Counted from the first letter of the stretch, positions 1-9,370 are shown. The stretch: 30,303 nucleotides of DNA from Candidatus Cloacimonadota bacterium (GCA_023137125.1 JAGLPW010000012.1:1-30303), one strand, 5' to 3'. Numbers and translations are program-made. Notes: generated by a model from the sequence alone, not told the origin.

Positions 1-486
1 ATTTGCCTTAGATTTTGGGATCTTATCAGATTTTGTGGCGGCAACCATGAATGGAATATTCATAGATTGCAACATTTGAATCATGAGAATATCTTTGGGA
101 TCTGCTTTATGCCTAATATCAACTAAGCAGACAACGCCTCTTAATTGTAGTCTGTTCTCAAAGAATGTAAGGATCATTTTCTTCCAAGAATCACGTTGGG
201 TTTTACTTACCTTTGCATATCCATAACCGGGCAGATCAACAAAACTGAAAAAACCATCCAGCTCTTTTTCATCAATTTTGAATCTGATCTCAAAGAAATT
301 GATCAATCGTGTTTTACCTGGTTTATTACTAACTTTAGCAATTCCTTTTCTATTAAGTAACATATTTATCAAAGTAGATTTCCCTACATTAGATTTTCCT
401 GCAAAGGCAATTTCTGCAAAAGCTGTTGGATGATAATCTACAGGTTTTACAGCACTTTTAACAAATTTTGATTCTACAATTCTCAT
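1..486 (-). CDS. engB: Ribosome-biogenesis GTPase EngB/YsxC/YihA (3' end cut by window edge)
   Basis: Absent from the ORF track because it runs off the window edge. Reverse complement of 1..486 reads MRIVESKFVKSAVKPVDYHPTAFAEIAFAGKSNVGKSTLINMLL...FVDLPGYGYAKVSK...MVAATKSDK. This gives the P-loop GKSNVGKS, the EngB-typical DLPGYGYA and a TKxD G4 motif. ATG at 486..484. Confidence 0.85.
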   Translation of the reverse strand, partial: MRIVESKFVKSAVKPVDYHPTAFAEIAFAGKSNVGKSTLINMLLNRKGIAKVSNKPGKTRLINFFEIRFKIDEKELDGFFSFVDLPGYGYAKVSKTQRDSWKKMILTFFENRLQLRGVVCLVDIRHKADPKDILMIQMLQSMNIPFMVAATKSDKIPKSKAN

Positions 487-508
487 TTATTTTTCCAAAT
501 TGTTGTGA

Positions 509-880
509 TTATTCAAAATAAACCATCGAAGTCATATCAGATTCCCAAACTTCTACGTCAGCCATTTTGCAATCAGGAACTTCAATGCGATTTTTCATTT
601 CATGATAAATGAATTTTGCAATATTTTCGGAAGTTGGATTAATCCCTTTAAAATGTTCTAATTCGTTCAAATATGTATGATCGAGTAGCAACATTATTTC
701 ATTTAAACTTTTCTTTACTTCACCAAAATCTATTGTCATTCCAATTTCATCTATTTTCTCACACAAAATTCCAATACGTACTTTCCAGTTGTGACCATGA
801 AGGTTCTTACATAATCCTTCGTATCCATCTAATTTGTGCGCCGATGAAAAATTTGAGGTTACATTCAGCTTAAACATCAC
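509..880 (-). CDS. queD: 6-carboxy-5,6,7,8-tetrahydropterin synthase (QueD / PTPS family)
   Basis: 123 aa of typical QueD size. Motifs SAHKL..GY.G.C.NLHGHNWKV and C-terminal VEVWES resemble the QueD/6-pyruvoyl-tetrahydropterin synthase Zn-His signature. GAGGAGGGG RBS just upstream. Lies 22 nt upstream of engB on the same strand. Confidence 0.85.
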   Translation of the reverse strand: MMFKLNVTSNFSSAHKLDGYEGLCKNLHGHNWKVRIGILCEKIDEIGMTIDFGEVKKSLNEIMLLLDHTYLNELEHFKGINPTSENIAKFIYHEMKNRIEVPDCKMADVEVWESDMTSMVYFE

Positions 881-1001
881 CCCTCCTCACTTCGTATTCA
901 AAGCAACCTCGAATAAATTTTGAGTGCTTTATTTGTAAAGAACTTTAATAATTGACAAAATGAGTGCTCACCAGAATTTTCCTAGCATTAATAAATGATA
1001 A

Positions 1002-1823
1002 ATGAGGAAATTTATGAAATGTAATGGTATGAGAAAAGAAAAAACAAAAAATGGCAGGAAAATAGATGTTAGATGCAACACTGAATTTGATAAACATGCT
1101 CTTTTCTGCAAAGTGTGTGGTCACTCAACCGATGCTCTTTCCGGTCAACTTTCTGCAAAAGTGAATTACCAAGATGTGTGGGAAAAATTCAAACCTATTA
1201 AATCTAAATATTATTCATTCTCTATTTTTATTATTCTCACATCTTTTTTACTTATTGGTTTAGGAATATTCTTCAGTAAAGATCTAGCAGAGAGTTTCAA
1301 GATAGATCATTATCTTTTTACAAATCTCATGCTGCTGATATTAGTCCCATTTACATTGATCCCATTTGGATTCAAAGAGAATTTTACTAACGAGCCTTTT
1401 AAAATATCAAAGTACTTTCAGGCATTAAAATCCTATCCCAAGTTCTTTTTGCTGACGCTTGTAAATATTCTTTTTTTCTTACTTCTAAAGATACTTTGTA
1501 CAGGTTATATTTTGGGAATTACCGTAGATCCCATACTGCATCCTGTTAGATTTATTTTGGTTCTTTATTGGATAACAATAACTTTCCCGGCAATTCTTCT
1601 TATTATAAGGAAGAAAATGAATCCTATAAAAGCTGTAGTTAAATGCTACACAGCAAGTGCAGAAACACGTTGGCAGCAATTCTTCATTGTGTTCAGGCTG
1701 TTTGTGATGAATATTATAGGAGCCGCATTTGCAGGGTTAGGGCTACTTGTAACGATCCCATTCTCATATATTCTAATTGAAAAATATTACCAGAGTTTAG
1801 ATGAATTTGAGCTTTTTGAATAA
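1002..1823 (+). CDS. Polytopic membrane protein with N-terminal Cys-rich zinc-ribbon-like segment, function unknown
   Basis: N-terminus has KCNG...RCNTEF...FCKVCGH (4 Cys in 2 pairs), followed by about 5-6 long hydrophobic helices. The ATG at 1014 (MKCNG) has a better GAGGA RBS than the ATG at 1002, so the true start may be 1014. Confidence 0.6.
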   Translation: MRKFMKCNGMRKEKTKNGRKIDVRCNTEFDKHALFCKVCGHSTDALSGQLSAKVNYQDVWEKFKPIKSKYYSFSIFIILTSFLLIGLGIFFSKDLAESFKIDHYLFTNLMLLILVPFTLIPFGFKENFTNEPFKISKYFQALKSYPKFFLLTLVNILFFLLLKILCTGYILGITVDPILHPVRFILVLYWITITFPAILLIIRKKMNPIKAVVKCYTASAETRWQQFFIVFRLFVMNIIGAAFAGLGLLVTIPFSYILIEKYYQSLDEFELFE

Positions 1824-1844
1824 ACAAAATAAACAACGGCAAAA

Positions 1845-3245
1845 ATGGAACATTTAAGAATTGGAATCGTAGGAAATATCGGAGTTGGAAAGTCTACATT
1901 AGTAGATGCAGCAAGTAAAAAACCCTTTAGTGAAATATTGCTTTCAACAATTCCCAATAAAATTGGGGATGAAAAAGTTTATGCCTTTCAAGAAAAATTT
2001 AATCCTAAAGTTTTAGATGCATTCTATGAAGACCCTATAGGAAATGCATTCATGGCACAGATCGAATTCTTCAATGGTAGATTAGACAGGCAGCGACAGA
2101 TAGAAAATAGGAAGGGAATTGTTTTAGAAGATAGAACTTTAGCTGAAGATTATCATATTTTCGGTATGGCGCAAAAGATCATGGGGAACATGACAGAAGA
2201 AGAATTCCTGGCTTATCAGCGTAATTATGATCTGATGACTCAAGAGATAACGTTGCCGGACCTTATCGTTTACTTAAAAGCAGATGTTCCTGTTCTATTA
2301 GAAAGGATCAAAGAACGTGGGAGAAAAAGTGAAGCAGGAATTCCAAGAGAATATCTTGAACAATTGAATCAGCTTTACGACCAATTTGTTAATCGCCACG
2401 TTACTTGCCCCGTGCTTGTTATAGACGCAAATGTGGATACTCCAATTGATAAATATATAGAAACGACGATCAATAAAATTGCTGAAAAAATTAGATCTCT
2501 TGATTTGCGTGTAACAACTCCGGGGATCAGTAAATGGGTAACTTTACCAGAAACAGCCGCAACTCTTAAGGCAATAGATGCAGAAACAAAATTGGAAAAG
2601 TTCTTACTAGAAAATCCAAGACTTATCTCTGTAGCAGGAAATGTAGGTTTGGGTAAATCAACTTTAACGGCGATCATGCAACGGAGCTTGAAGATAAATG
2701 GATTATATGAAAATCCTGAAGAAAATCCGCTTCTGGAGAAATTTCTTAAAGATAAGAAAACCTATTGTTACGATCTTCAGCTTCACTTTTTAAATATGCG
2801 AAAAGAGCTTCAAGTAAAGGGAACCAGTGGAAAAGAGAGTTATGTATTAGATAGATCGTTGCCGGAAGATCTATTGGTTTTTTGCTATCAATTTCATAAA
2901 GATGGGTTTTTGAATCGCGATGAACTTGATCTGCTAACTGCAAAATTTAAAACAGTATGTAATGAAATTCCTTCATCTGATCTTTTAATAGTATTAAAAG
3001 GCAGAACTGATCTTGCTTGGAGCCGAATCCAACAACGTGGAAGAGAGATGGAGATGGAAGGTGGTTGGAGCAGAAGTGATATTGATGCATTGAACGGATG
3101 GTATAGAACTTATGCCAATGATGTTTGCCGATTTGGATATCATAAAGGTAGAATAATTGAGATAAATGTTGAGAAGATAGATTTTACGAACCGTATTCAT
3201 GTGGGATATATTTTTGAGATCATTTACAATGCACTCTTAAACTAG
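1845..3245 (+). CDS. Fused tandem deoxynucleoside kinase (two complete dNK domains)
   Basis: Two P-loops (GNIGVGKST near residue 10, GNVGLGKST near residue 266). Each is followed by the dNK-type (E/D)R(T/S) motif (LEDRTLAEDYHIF; LDRSLPEDLLVF) and an Arg-rich lid (RIKERGRKSE; RIQQRGREMEMEG). Confidence 0.8.
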   Translation: MEHLRIGIVGNIGVGKSTLVDAASKKPFSEILLSTIPNKIGDEKVYAFQEKFNPKVLDAFYEDPIGNAFMAQIEFFNGRLDRQRQIENRKGIVLEDRTLAEDYHIFGMAQKIMGNMTEEEFLAYQRNYDLMTQEITLPDLIVYLKADVPVLLERIKERGRKSEAGIPREYLEQLNQLYDQFVNRHVTCPVLVIDANVDTPIDKYIETTINKIAEKIRSLDLRVTTPGISKWVTLPETAATLKAIDAETKLEKFLLENPRLISVAGNVGLGKSTLTAIMQRSLKINGLYENPEENPLLEKFLKDKKTYCYDLQLHFLNMRKELQVKGTSGKESYVLDRSLPEDLLVFCYQFHKDGFLNRDELDLLTAKFKTVCNEIPSSDLLIVLKGRTDLAWSRIQQRGREMEMEGGWSRSDIDALNGWYRTYANDVCRFGYHKGRIIEINVEKIDFTNRIHVGYIFEIIYNALLN

Positions 3246-3254
3246 GAGATTCAA

Positions 3255-4034
3255 ATGAAAAAATCAATATTTTTTCTGGTTATTTTAATATTTGTTAGCT
3301 CAACATTTGCAGAAGATATCGGATTAATGCGAAAATCAATTATTATGTCAACTCTGTGGCAGACAACATCAGCCGAATATAAAGCTCTTGCCTATCAGGC
3401 TTATAATATTGCCAGATTGCGTTTGGATGAAGATCTTAAAATTAAGCGAACACAAAAAAGAGCAATAATTGTAGATGCAGATGAAACAGTTATAGATAAT
3501 TCTGCTTTCCAAGTAAGAATGATAGTAGATGATGCGCAATATTACGGGGATTTTGATAATTGGGTGAAAAGTGCAGAAGGTAAGGCAATACCTGGCTCAT
3601 TGGATTTTCTTAATTATGCTCATGAGAATGGCTGTGATATATATTATATTTCTAATAGAAAGTTACATCATATGGAAGGAACCCTTAAAAACCTTAAGAT
3701 CTTGGGTTTCCCGCAAGCCGAAGTATCTCACATCCTTCTAAAAAATGATACTTCCAATAAGGGGATCAGAAGAGATCAGGTGGCAGAAGATCATTTTATT
3801 GTTATGCTTATTGGAGATAATTTAATTGATTTCGAAGATGTTTTTCGTCAAAAAAATATTGAAGAAAGATTCTCATCAGTAGAGAAATTTAAAGATGAAT
3901 TTGGAAAGAGATTCATCATTCTTCCAAATCCTATGTATGGTGAATGGGAAAAAACTCTTTATGGCGGAACCAGACAAATTCCGGAGAAAGAAAAAGAAAA
4001 AAAATTGTGGGAACATTTAAATAATAATAAATAA
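3255..4034 (+). CDS. Secreted HAD-superfamily acid phosphatase / 5'-nucleotidase, e(P4)/class C-like
   Basis: N-terminal signal peptide (MKKSIFFLVILIFVSSTFA). HAD motif I is IVDADETVIDNS and the late acidic motif is GDNLIDF. Overall length and the W..TSAEY.AL..QAYN segment are typical of the e(P4) family. No lipobox Cys, so probably soluble periplasmic. Confidence 0.7.
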   Translation: MKKSIFFLVILIFVSSTFAEDIGLMRKSIIMSTLWQTTSAEYKALAYQAYNIARLRLDEDLKIKRTQKRAIIVDADETVIDNSAFQVRMIVDDAQYYGDFDNWVKSAEGKAIPGSLDFLNYAHENGCDIYYISNRKLHHMEGTLKNLKILGFPQAEVSHILLKNDTSNKGIRRDQVAEDHFIVMLIGDNLIDFEDVFRQKNIEERFSSVEKFKDEFGKRFIILPNPMYGEWEKTLYGGTRQIPEKEKEKKLWEHLNNNK

Positions 4035-4223
4035 TAGAAGTACGCAATTACAATTCTTATAAGTAGTTAAATTTAAAAAACATGAAATAATAAATAGTCT
4101 TAATAATAAAATACAATTAAATTCTCCATTTAAATACAAATATTATTTTTTTCAACTTGACATTTCAAGAGCACAAAACAACTTTTTCGCATAGCCGTTT
4201 TAAATATTACAAAGGGGGAAGTT

Positions 4224-7037
4224 ATGAAAAAAATCGGTTTGATTATTATTCTTACAGTTTTGTTGATCCTGCCAGTTTATGCACAAGTTGGAAAAATTGC
4301 CGGGCGGGTTACTATCGAGGACAGTGGACAACCACTTGCTAATGCTGCAGTAATATTAGTTGATGCAGAACAAGGTACTTATACAAAAGGTAATGGTACT
4401 TTTACATTAACAGATGTTCCTGTTGGTATCGTTGAAGTTCAATTTCGTTATATGGGTTACGGAACCAAAACCCTTGAAGTTGAAGTTATTGAAAATGAAA
4501 CCGCAATTATTAATGTTAAGCTTGTTGTTGAATCGATTGGGATTGAAGGAATAAAGATCGTTTCTGATCGAGCTAAAGAAAGACAAACTCCTGTTGCTTT
4601 TACAGATATGGATAAAGAAGAGATGGAATCTAAACTTGGATCTAGAGATATTCCATTAGCATTAATTACTACACCTAGTGTTTATGCTACTAATCAAGGT
4701 GGCGGAGCTGGTGATGCCAGAGTTAATGTTCGAGGTTTTGACCAACGTAACGTTGCTATTATGATCAATGGTGTACCTGTTAATGATATGGAAAACGGCT
4801 GGGTATATTGGTCAAACTGGGATGGAGTTGGTGATGCAACTTCCTCAATTCAGATGCAGAGAGGTCTTAGTGCTGTTAACCTTGCTACACCATCTATTGG
4901 TGGAACTATGAACATCATTACTGATCCTACTGCTATGGAATCAGGTACAAAATTTAAACAAGAATTTGGTACTGGTGGTTTCTTAAAATCTACCGTTATG
5001 GCAGGTACAGGTCTTATTGATAATAAATTTGCCATTAGCGCTGTAGGTGTAAGAAAAACTGGTGAAGGTCTCATTGATAAAACATGGACTGATTCTTGGG
5101 CATACTATCTTGCCACAGGTTGGAATGTGAGTTCTAACAACAAACTTGAACTATACGTTGTTGGAGCTCCTCAAAGACACGGTCAGAATCTTTACAAACA
5201 AAATATTGCAACATATGATCAAGAATATGCTGATGACCTGGATGATTATTATTCAAATGTAGATACTGCTTATGTTAAATTCCCAGAGCAAGGTTATGAT
5301 TTTAATCAGAACTGGAGTCCTGTAAGCAATTATTATGATGGAAAGCAATTTTGGAATGGAGAAGAGCATGATCGTCATGATGAAAATTTCATTAATGAGA
5401 GAGAAAACTTCTATCATAAACCACAGGTTAACTTGAACTGGTATACTAAACTTAACGAAGATTTCAATATTTATTCAATTCTTTATTATTCTGGTGGTGA
5501 AGGTGGTGGAACAGGCACTTATGGTTCTATCTTCCGTCGTGATGCTAATGGTGAACTCGGTGATGACGATTACAAATTCTATTATGGACCATCGCCATGG
5601 GCTTGGGATTGGGATGAAACTATCGCAATGAATTCAGGTCCTGCTGGTGACTACTGGGTTGATAAAGACAGTCTTTACAAAGAAGACGGAGAGGCTTTAG
5701 GAATATTACGTAATAGCCGTAACAATCAATGGACTATTGGCGCAATTTCAAAAGCATACTTTACAATCAATGAAAATTTCACAACATCTGTAGGTATTGA
5801 TTGGAGAACTGCTACAATAGATCACTTCAGAGAAGTAAGAGATTTGCTTGGTGGAGATTATTACGATCCACGTTCTGATGAAGATAACGATTTAAGTGAT
5901 TTCTGGACCATTGAAGAAGACTTTAAAAGAGAACTCGGTGATAAAATTGATTACTACAATACTAATTCTGTAGATTGGATAGGTGGATATTGGCAAGGTG
6001 AATATTCATTAAATGCTCTAACTGCTTATCTTATGGGTGGTTATTCCACAATCAAATATTCTTATGAAGATCATTTTTCAACTGCTGATACACTTGCTAA
6101 TGGAGAGCCCGATATCGACAGTGGTGAATTAACTACTGAGACTGATATGTTAGGTGGTTATCAAGTAAAAGGTGGATCCAGCTTTATAATTAATGACTAT
6201 TTAGATATCTTTGGAAACGTCGGTATGGTAAGTAAGTGCCCAATATTTGATGAAGTTATAAATGACTGGACTGGTGAAAAATTCGATAATCCAAAAAATG
6301 AAGAATTCCTTGCTTTTGAAGCAGGAATAAATTTCAAAGGATTGGATGGAAAATTGGCAACAAAAGCTAATTTCTATTTCACAGATAGAAAGAACGAATC
6401 ACAAAGCTTTGAGCATGATACACTAGAAGGAGATGAGATTAAGATCTTTGTAAGTGGTCTTGATTCAAGACATCTTGGTTTTGAGTTGGAAGCTAGCTAT
6501 ATGCCTTTATATCTTCTAAGATTTGATGCATCATTTGCTAAAGGTGACTGGAAATACTTAAATAATGTTGAGGATACTCCATATGATGTTCCTGGTGGTG
6601 GAATTGAAACTATTGATATATATGTTAAAGATATTAAAGTTGGTGATGCACCACAAACACAATTATCATTTGGAACATCAATTTTTCCACTTGAAGGAAT
6701 GAAAGCTCAACTTATAGTACAGCACTATCGTGATCATTATTCTGCTTTCAATGCATTTAGTAGAAATGATCCGGATGATACAACTCAAAGTTGGAAAATT
6801 CCGGATTACACTAAGCTGAATTTCCACTTGAATTATATACTTCCTGTGAAAGTTAATGGTTTAGGTGTTTCAGTATTTGCTCACATGTTTAATCTCCTTG
6901 ATACGACTTTTATTCAAGATGCAACAGATAATAGTGAATACAACAGTTGGGGTGATAAAGAGCATAATGCCAATAATGCAGAAGTTTACTTAGGCATGCC
7001 ACGAACATTTAATGCTGGAGTATCAGTTACTTTCTAA
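4224..7037 (+). CDS. TonB-dependent outer-membrane receptor with N-terminal carboxypeptidase-regulatory-like domain
   Basis: Signal peptide, then a CarboxypepD_reg-like segment (GRVTIEDSGQPLANAAVILVD...GTFTLTDVPVG). Plug motifs (RVNVRGFDQRNVAIMINGVPVNDMENG) follow, then a long Gly/Tyr/Asp-rich barrel ending in aromatic F (GVSVTF). AGGGGGA RBS. Confidence 0.85.
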   Translation: MKKIGLIIILTVLLILPVYAQVGKIAGRVTIEDSGQPLANAAVILVDAEQGTYTKGNGTFTLTDVPVGIVEVQFRYMGYGTKTLEVEVIENETAIINVKLVVESIGIEGIKIVSDRAKERQTPVAFTDMDKEEMESKLGSRDIPLALITTPSVYATNQGGGAGDARVNVRGFDQRNVAIMINGVPVNDMENGWVYWSNWDGVGDATSSIQMQRGLSAVNLATPSIGGTMNIITDPTAMESGTKFKQEFGTGGFLKSTVMAGTGLIDNKFAISAVGVRKTGEGLIDKTWTDSWAYYLATGWNVSSNNKLELYVVGAPQRHGQNLYKQNIATYDQEYADDLDDYYSNVDTAYVKFPEQGYDFNQNWSPVSNYYDGKQFWNGEEHDRHDENFINERENFYHKPQVNLNWYTKLNEDFNIYSILYYSGGEGGGTGTYGSIFRRDANGELGDDDYKFYYGPSPWAWDWDETIAMNSGPAGDYWVDKDSLYKEDGEALGILRNSRNNQWTIGAISKAYFTINENFTTSVGIDWRTATIDHFREVRDLLGGDYYDPRSDEDNDLSDFWTIEEDFKRELGDKIDYYNTNSVDWIGGYWQGEYSLNALTAYLMGGYSTIKYSYEDHFSTADTLANGEPDIDSGELTTETDMLGGYQVKGGSSFIINDYLDIFGNVGMVSKCPIFDEVINDWTGEKFDNPKNEEFLAFEAGINFKGLDGKLATKANFYFTDRKNESQSFEHDTLEGDEIKIFVSGLDSRHLGFELEASYMPLYLLRFDASFAKGDWKYLNNVEDTPYDVPGGGIETIDIYVKDIKVGDAPQTQLSFGTSIFPLEGMKAQLIVQHYRDHYSAFNAFSRNDPDDTTQSWKIPDYTKLNFHLNYILPVKVNGLGVSVFAHMFNLLDTTFIQDATDNSEYNSWGDKEHNANNAEVYLGMPRTFNAGVSVTF

Positions 7038-7060
7038 ATAGATATCCATCATTGTGCTTT

Positions 7061-7091
7061 GGGGAAACCTTTATTGGTTTCCCCTTTTTTT
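7061..7091 (+). terminator. Rho-independent terminator downstream of the TonB-dependent receptor gene
   Basis: Perfect 9-bp stem ggggaaacc (7061-7069) / ggtttcccc (7076-7084) with a 6-nt loop, followed directly by a T7 run (7085-7091). Confidence 0.75.
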
Positions 7092-7468
7092 ATGCTCTCC
7101 TTGGCAAGGGGAGATATCCGTTGTTTGACGGGCAGAGGGGTTTTAAAAGGAAATTCACAATTAATCCCCTTATATTCCCCCTTACGAAGGGGACGAGACA
7201 AATTTCAACCTTGCAAGCGTTTCTCTCAAAATTTTCATGCTATTTGACGCTTTCAAGGTATGTTTGAAAATGTCAGATTTCTTTCGACAGTTATAGTTTT
7301 ACACACCCTGGAAGAGTCAAAATTGGAGAGTGTCTGAAAGAAACCCTTACAGGGTGTTGAAAACCAACGAGCAATATAGAATCTTTTATTTGACTAATTA
7401 CTAAACAATTAAATTTATTCTCTGGAATGTATAATGCATTATATTAAGGAAAAAATGGAATAAAAAAT

Positions 7469-9370
7469 ATGGAGGAAAAAATGTTAAAAAATTTATTTGT
7501 GGTCTTATTAATTATGTGCTCATTGCTTCTGATGGCAGATGCATATGACCTGCGTAATGTGAATGGTGAGAATTATGTTCCCGGTATCAGGAATCAGGGT
7601 CCTTACGGAACTTGCTGGACCTTTGGGGCCTATGCATCTATGGAAGGAAATATGATGATTACAGGCGCTTGGACTGCTGCCGGGGAAACAGGAGAACCCA
7701 ATCTTGCAGAAGCACATCTAGATTGGTGGAACGGATTTAACCAACATAACAATGACGATACCGACCCACCTACAGGTGGTGGTTTGGAAGTTCATATGGG
7801 TGGAGATTACCGTGTTACAACTGCCTATCTTTCCCGTGTGGAAGGTGCAGTTCGTGAAATAGATGCACCTTACACCAATATTTCTTCACCTCCCGATAGA
7901 TGGTTAGCAAGTTATCACTATTTTTATCCAAGAGATGTGGAATGGTATAAATTGGAAGATGATCTTTCGAATATAGATGTTATTAAACAGGCAATTATTG
8001 ATTATGGAATTATGGGAACTTGCATATCATATAATGGTGCATTTATTTCAAATTACAATCACTATCAGCCACCAACTAATCCGGATGATCCAAACCATGC
8101 AGTATCTATTATTGGCTGGGATGATGCACATGCAACTCAAGCCCCATTACCAGGAGCATGGCTTGCGAGAAATAGTTGGGGCTCAAATTGGGGCAACAGT
8201 GGTTATTTCTGGATCTCCTACTATGATAAACACTCCTGCCGTAATATTGAGATGGGTGCAATTTCCTTTCAAAATGTAGAACCAATGGCATACGATAATG
8301 TTTATTATCACGATTATCATGGCTGGCGAGATACATTAGCAGTTGCTACCGAAGCGTTCAATGCTTTTGAAGCAACCGGAACTCAAGTTATAGAGGCTGT
8401 GAGTTTCTTTACTGCTGTAGATAACGTTGACTATATAATAAGGATATATGATGATTTTGATGGAACCGATCTTACAAACGAACTTTCTACGGTTTCGGGT
8501 GATTATGATCATGCAGGACTTCATACCGTAGACCTTACTACAAGTATTTCGTTAACAGCGGGAGAAGATTTCTATGTTTACTTATCTCTTTCATCTGGAG
8601 GTCATCCTTATGACAGAACTTCTGATGTACCAGTATTATTGGGAGCTGCTTATCGTACAATTGTAGAATCTTCTGCCAATCCTGAAGAAAGCTATTACAA
8701 AAATGGCGAAGACTGGCTTGATTTCTATGATTATGACGATCCATCCGGTTTTCAAAATACAGGAAATTTCTGCATAAAAGTTCTTTCTATAGGCGGTGTA
8801 CAACTTGATCCTCCTACAAATATAAACATTGATGATGAAACAGGGCTTCTCTCTTGGGATGCTCCTACCTCAAGAGAACTTACCGGATATAATGTTTATC
8901 TAGATGATATGAATACTGTTCTCACTTTCACAACAGATCTACAATGCTTGCTTACGGATTATGAAGAATTAGTGTCAGGGCAAGAATATGTAGCCGGTGT
9001 TTCTGCAGTTTATGATGATCCAGGTGAATCAACAATAATTACTATCAACTTTATATATGCTGGAACAGAAGCCGATGATGCTCTTGTTGATGCAACAATT
9101 CTTAATGGTAATTATCCTAATCCTTTCAATCCTGAAACTACAATTTCTTTTTCAGTAGTACAAACATCTTCGTTAGTGAATCTTGATATCTACAATTTAA
9201 AAGGTCAGAAGATAAAGACTCTGGTTAATGAAATATTGTCTGCAGGAAATCATTCGTATATTTGGAACGGAACAGATGAAAAAGGAAAATCTGTTGCTTC
9301 CGGAGTTTACCTGTACAAAATGAAAACAGGAAATTATGTTTTAACTAAAAAGATGATCCTTATGAAATAA
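7469..9370 (+). CDS. Secreted papain-family (C1) cysteine peptidase with Fn3-like module and T9SS-type C-terminal sorting domain
   Basis: Signal peptide. Catalytic Cys context NQGPYGTCWTFGA, His context NHAVSIIGWDD, Asn/Trp context NSWGSNWGNSGYFWISYY. Fn3-like LDPPTNINIDDETGLLSWDAP..LTGYNVYLDD. C-terminal about 80 aa (NYPNPFNPETTISF...GVYLYKMKTGNYVLTKKMILMK) matches the type A Por/T9SS sorting domain pattern. Confidence 0.85.
   Translation: MEEKMLKNLFVVLLIMCSLLLMADAYDLRNVNGENYVPGIRNQGPYGTCWTFGAYASMEGNMMITGAWTAAGETGEPNLAEAHLDWWNGFNQHNNDDTDPPTGGGLEVHMGGDYRVTTAYLSRVEGAVREIDAPYTNISSPPDRWLASYHYFYPRDVEWYKLEDDLSNIDVIKQAIIDYGIMGTCISYNGAFISNYNHYQPPTNPDDPNHAVSIIGWDDAHATQAPLPGAWLARNSWGSNWGNSGYFWISYYDKHSCRNIEMGAISFQNVEPMAYDNVYYHDYHGWRDTLAVATEAFNAFEATGTQVIEAVSFFTAVDNVDYIIRIYDDFDGTDLTNELSTVSGDYDHAGLHTVDLTTSISLTAGEDFYVYLSLSSGGHPYDRTSDVPVLLGAAYRTIVESSANPEESYYKNGEDWLDFYDYDDPSGFQNTGNFCIKVLSIGGVQLDPPTNINIDDETGLLSWDAPTSRELTGYNVYLDDMNTVLTFTTDLQCLLTDYEELVSGQEYVAGVSAVYDDPGESTIITINFIYAGTEADDALVDATILNGNYPNPFNPETTISFSVVQTSSLVNLDIYNLKGQKIKTLVNEILSAGNHSYIWNGTDEKGKSVASGVYLYKMKTGNYVLTKKMILMK

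Noticed and set aside
881-1001. Possible preQ1 riboswitch in the queD leader
   Set aside because: I read the minus-strand leader looking for the preQ1-I/II stem plus A-rich tail and found only a weak ttcg/cgaa pairing and the RBS. There is not enough to call a riboswitch. An Rfam scan would settle it.
4157-4342. 61-aa ORF overlapping the start of the TonB-dependent receptor gene
   Set aside because: It is out of frame with and overlaps a well-supported gene whose ATG at 4224 has an AGGGGGA RBS. It has no RBS or motif of its own.
7052-7267. Two overlapping ORFs (71 and 62 aa) in the spacer after the TonB-dependent receptor gene
   Set aside because: They span the intrinsic terminator and the GC-rich hairpins. 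Peptides such as SPLRRGRD and SLARGDIR are what these CCCCTT/AAGGGG palindromes give when translated. No RBS is present. I treat the region as non-coding structured DNA/RNA.
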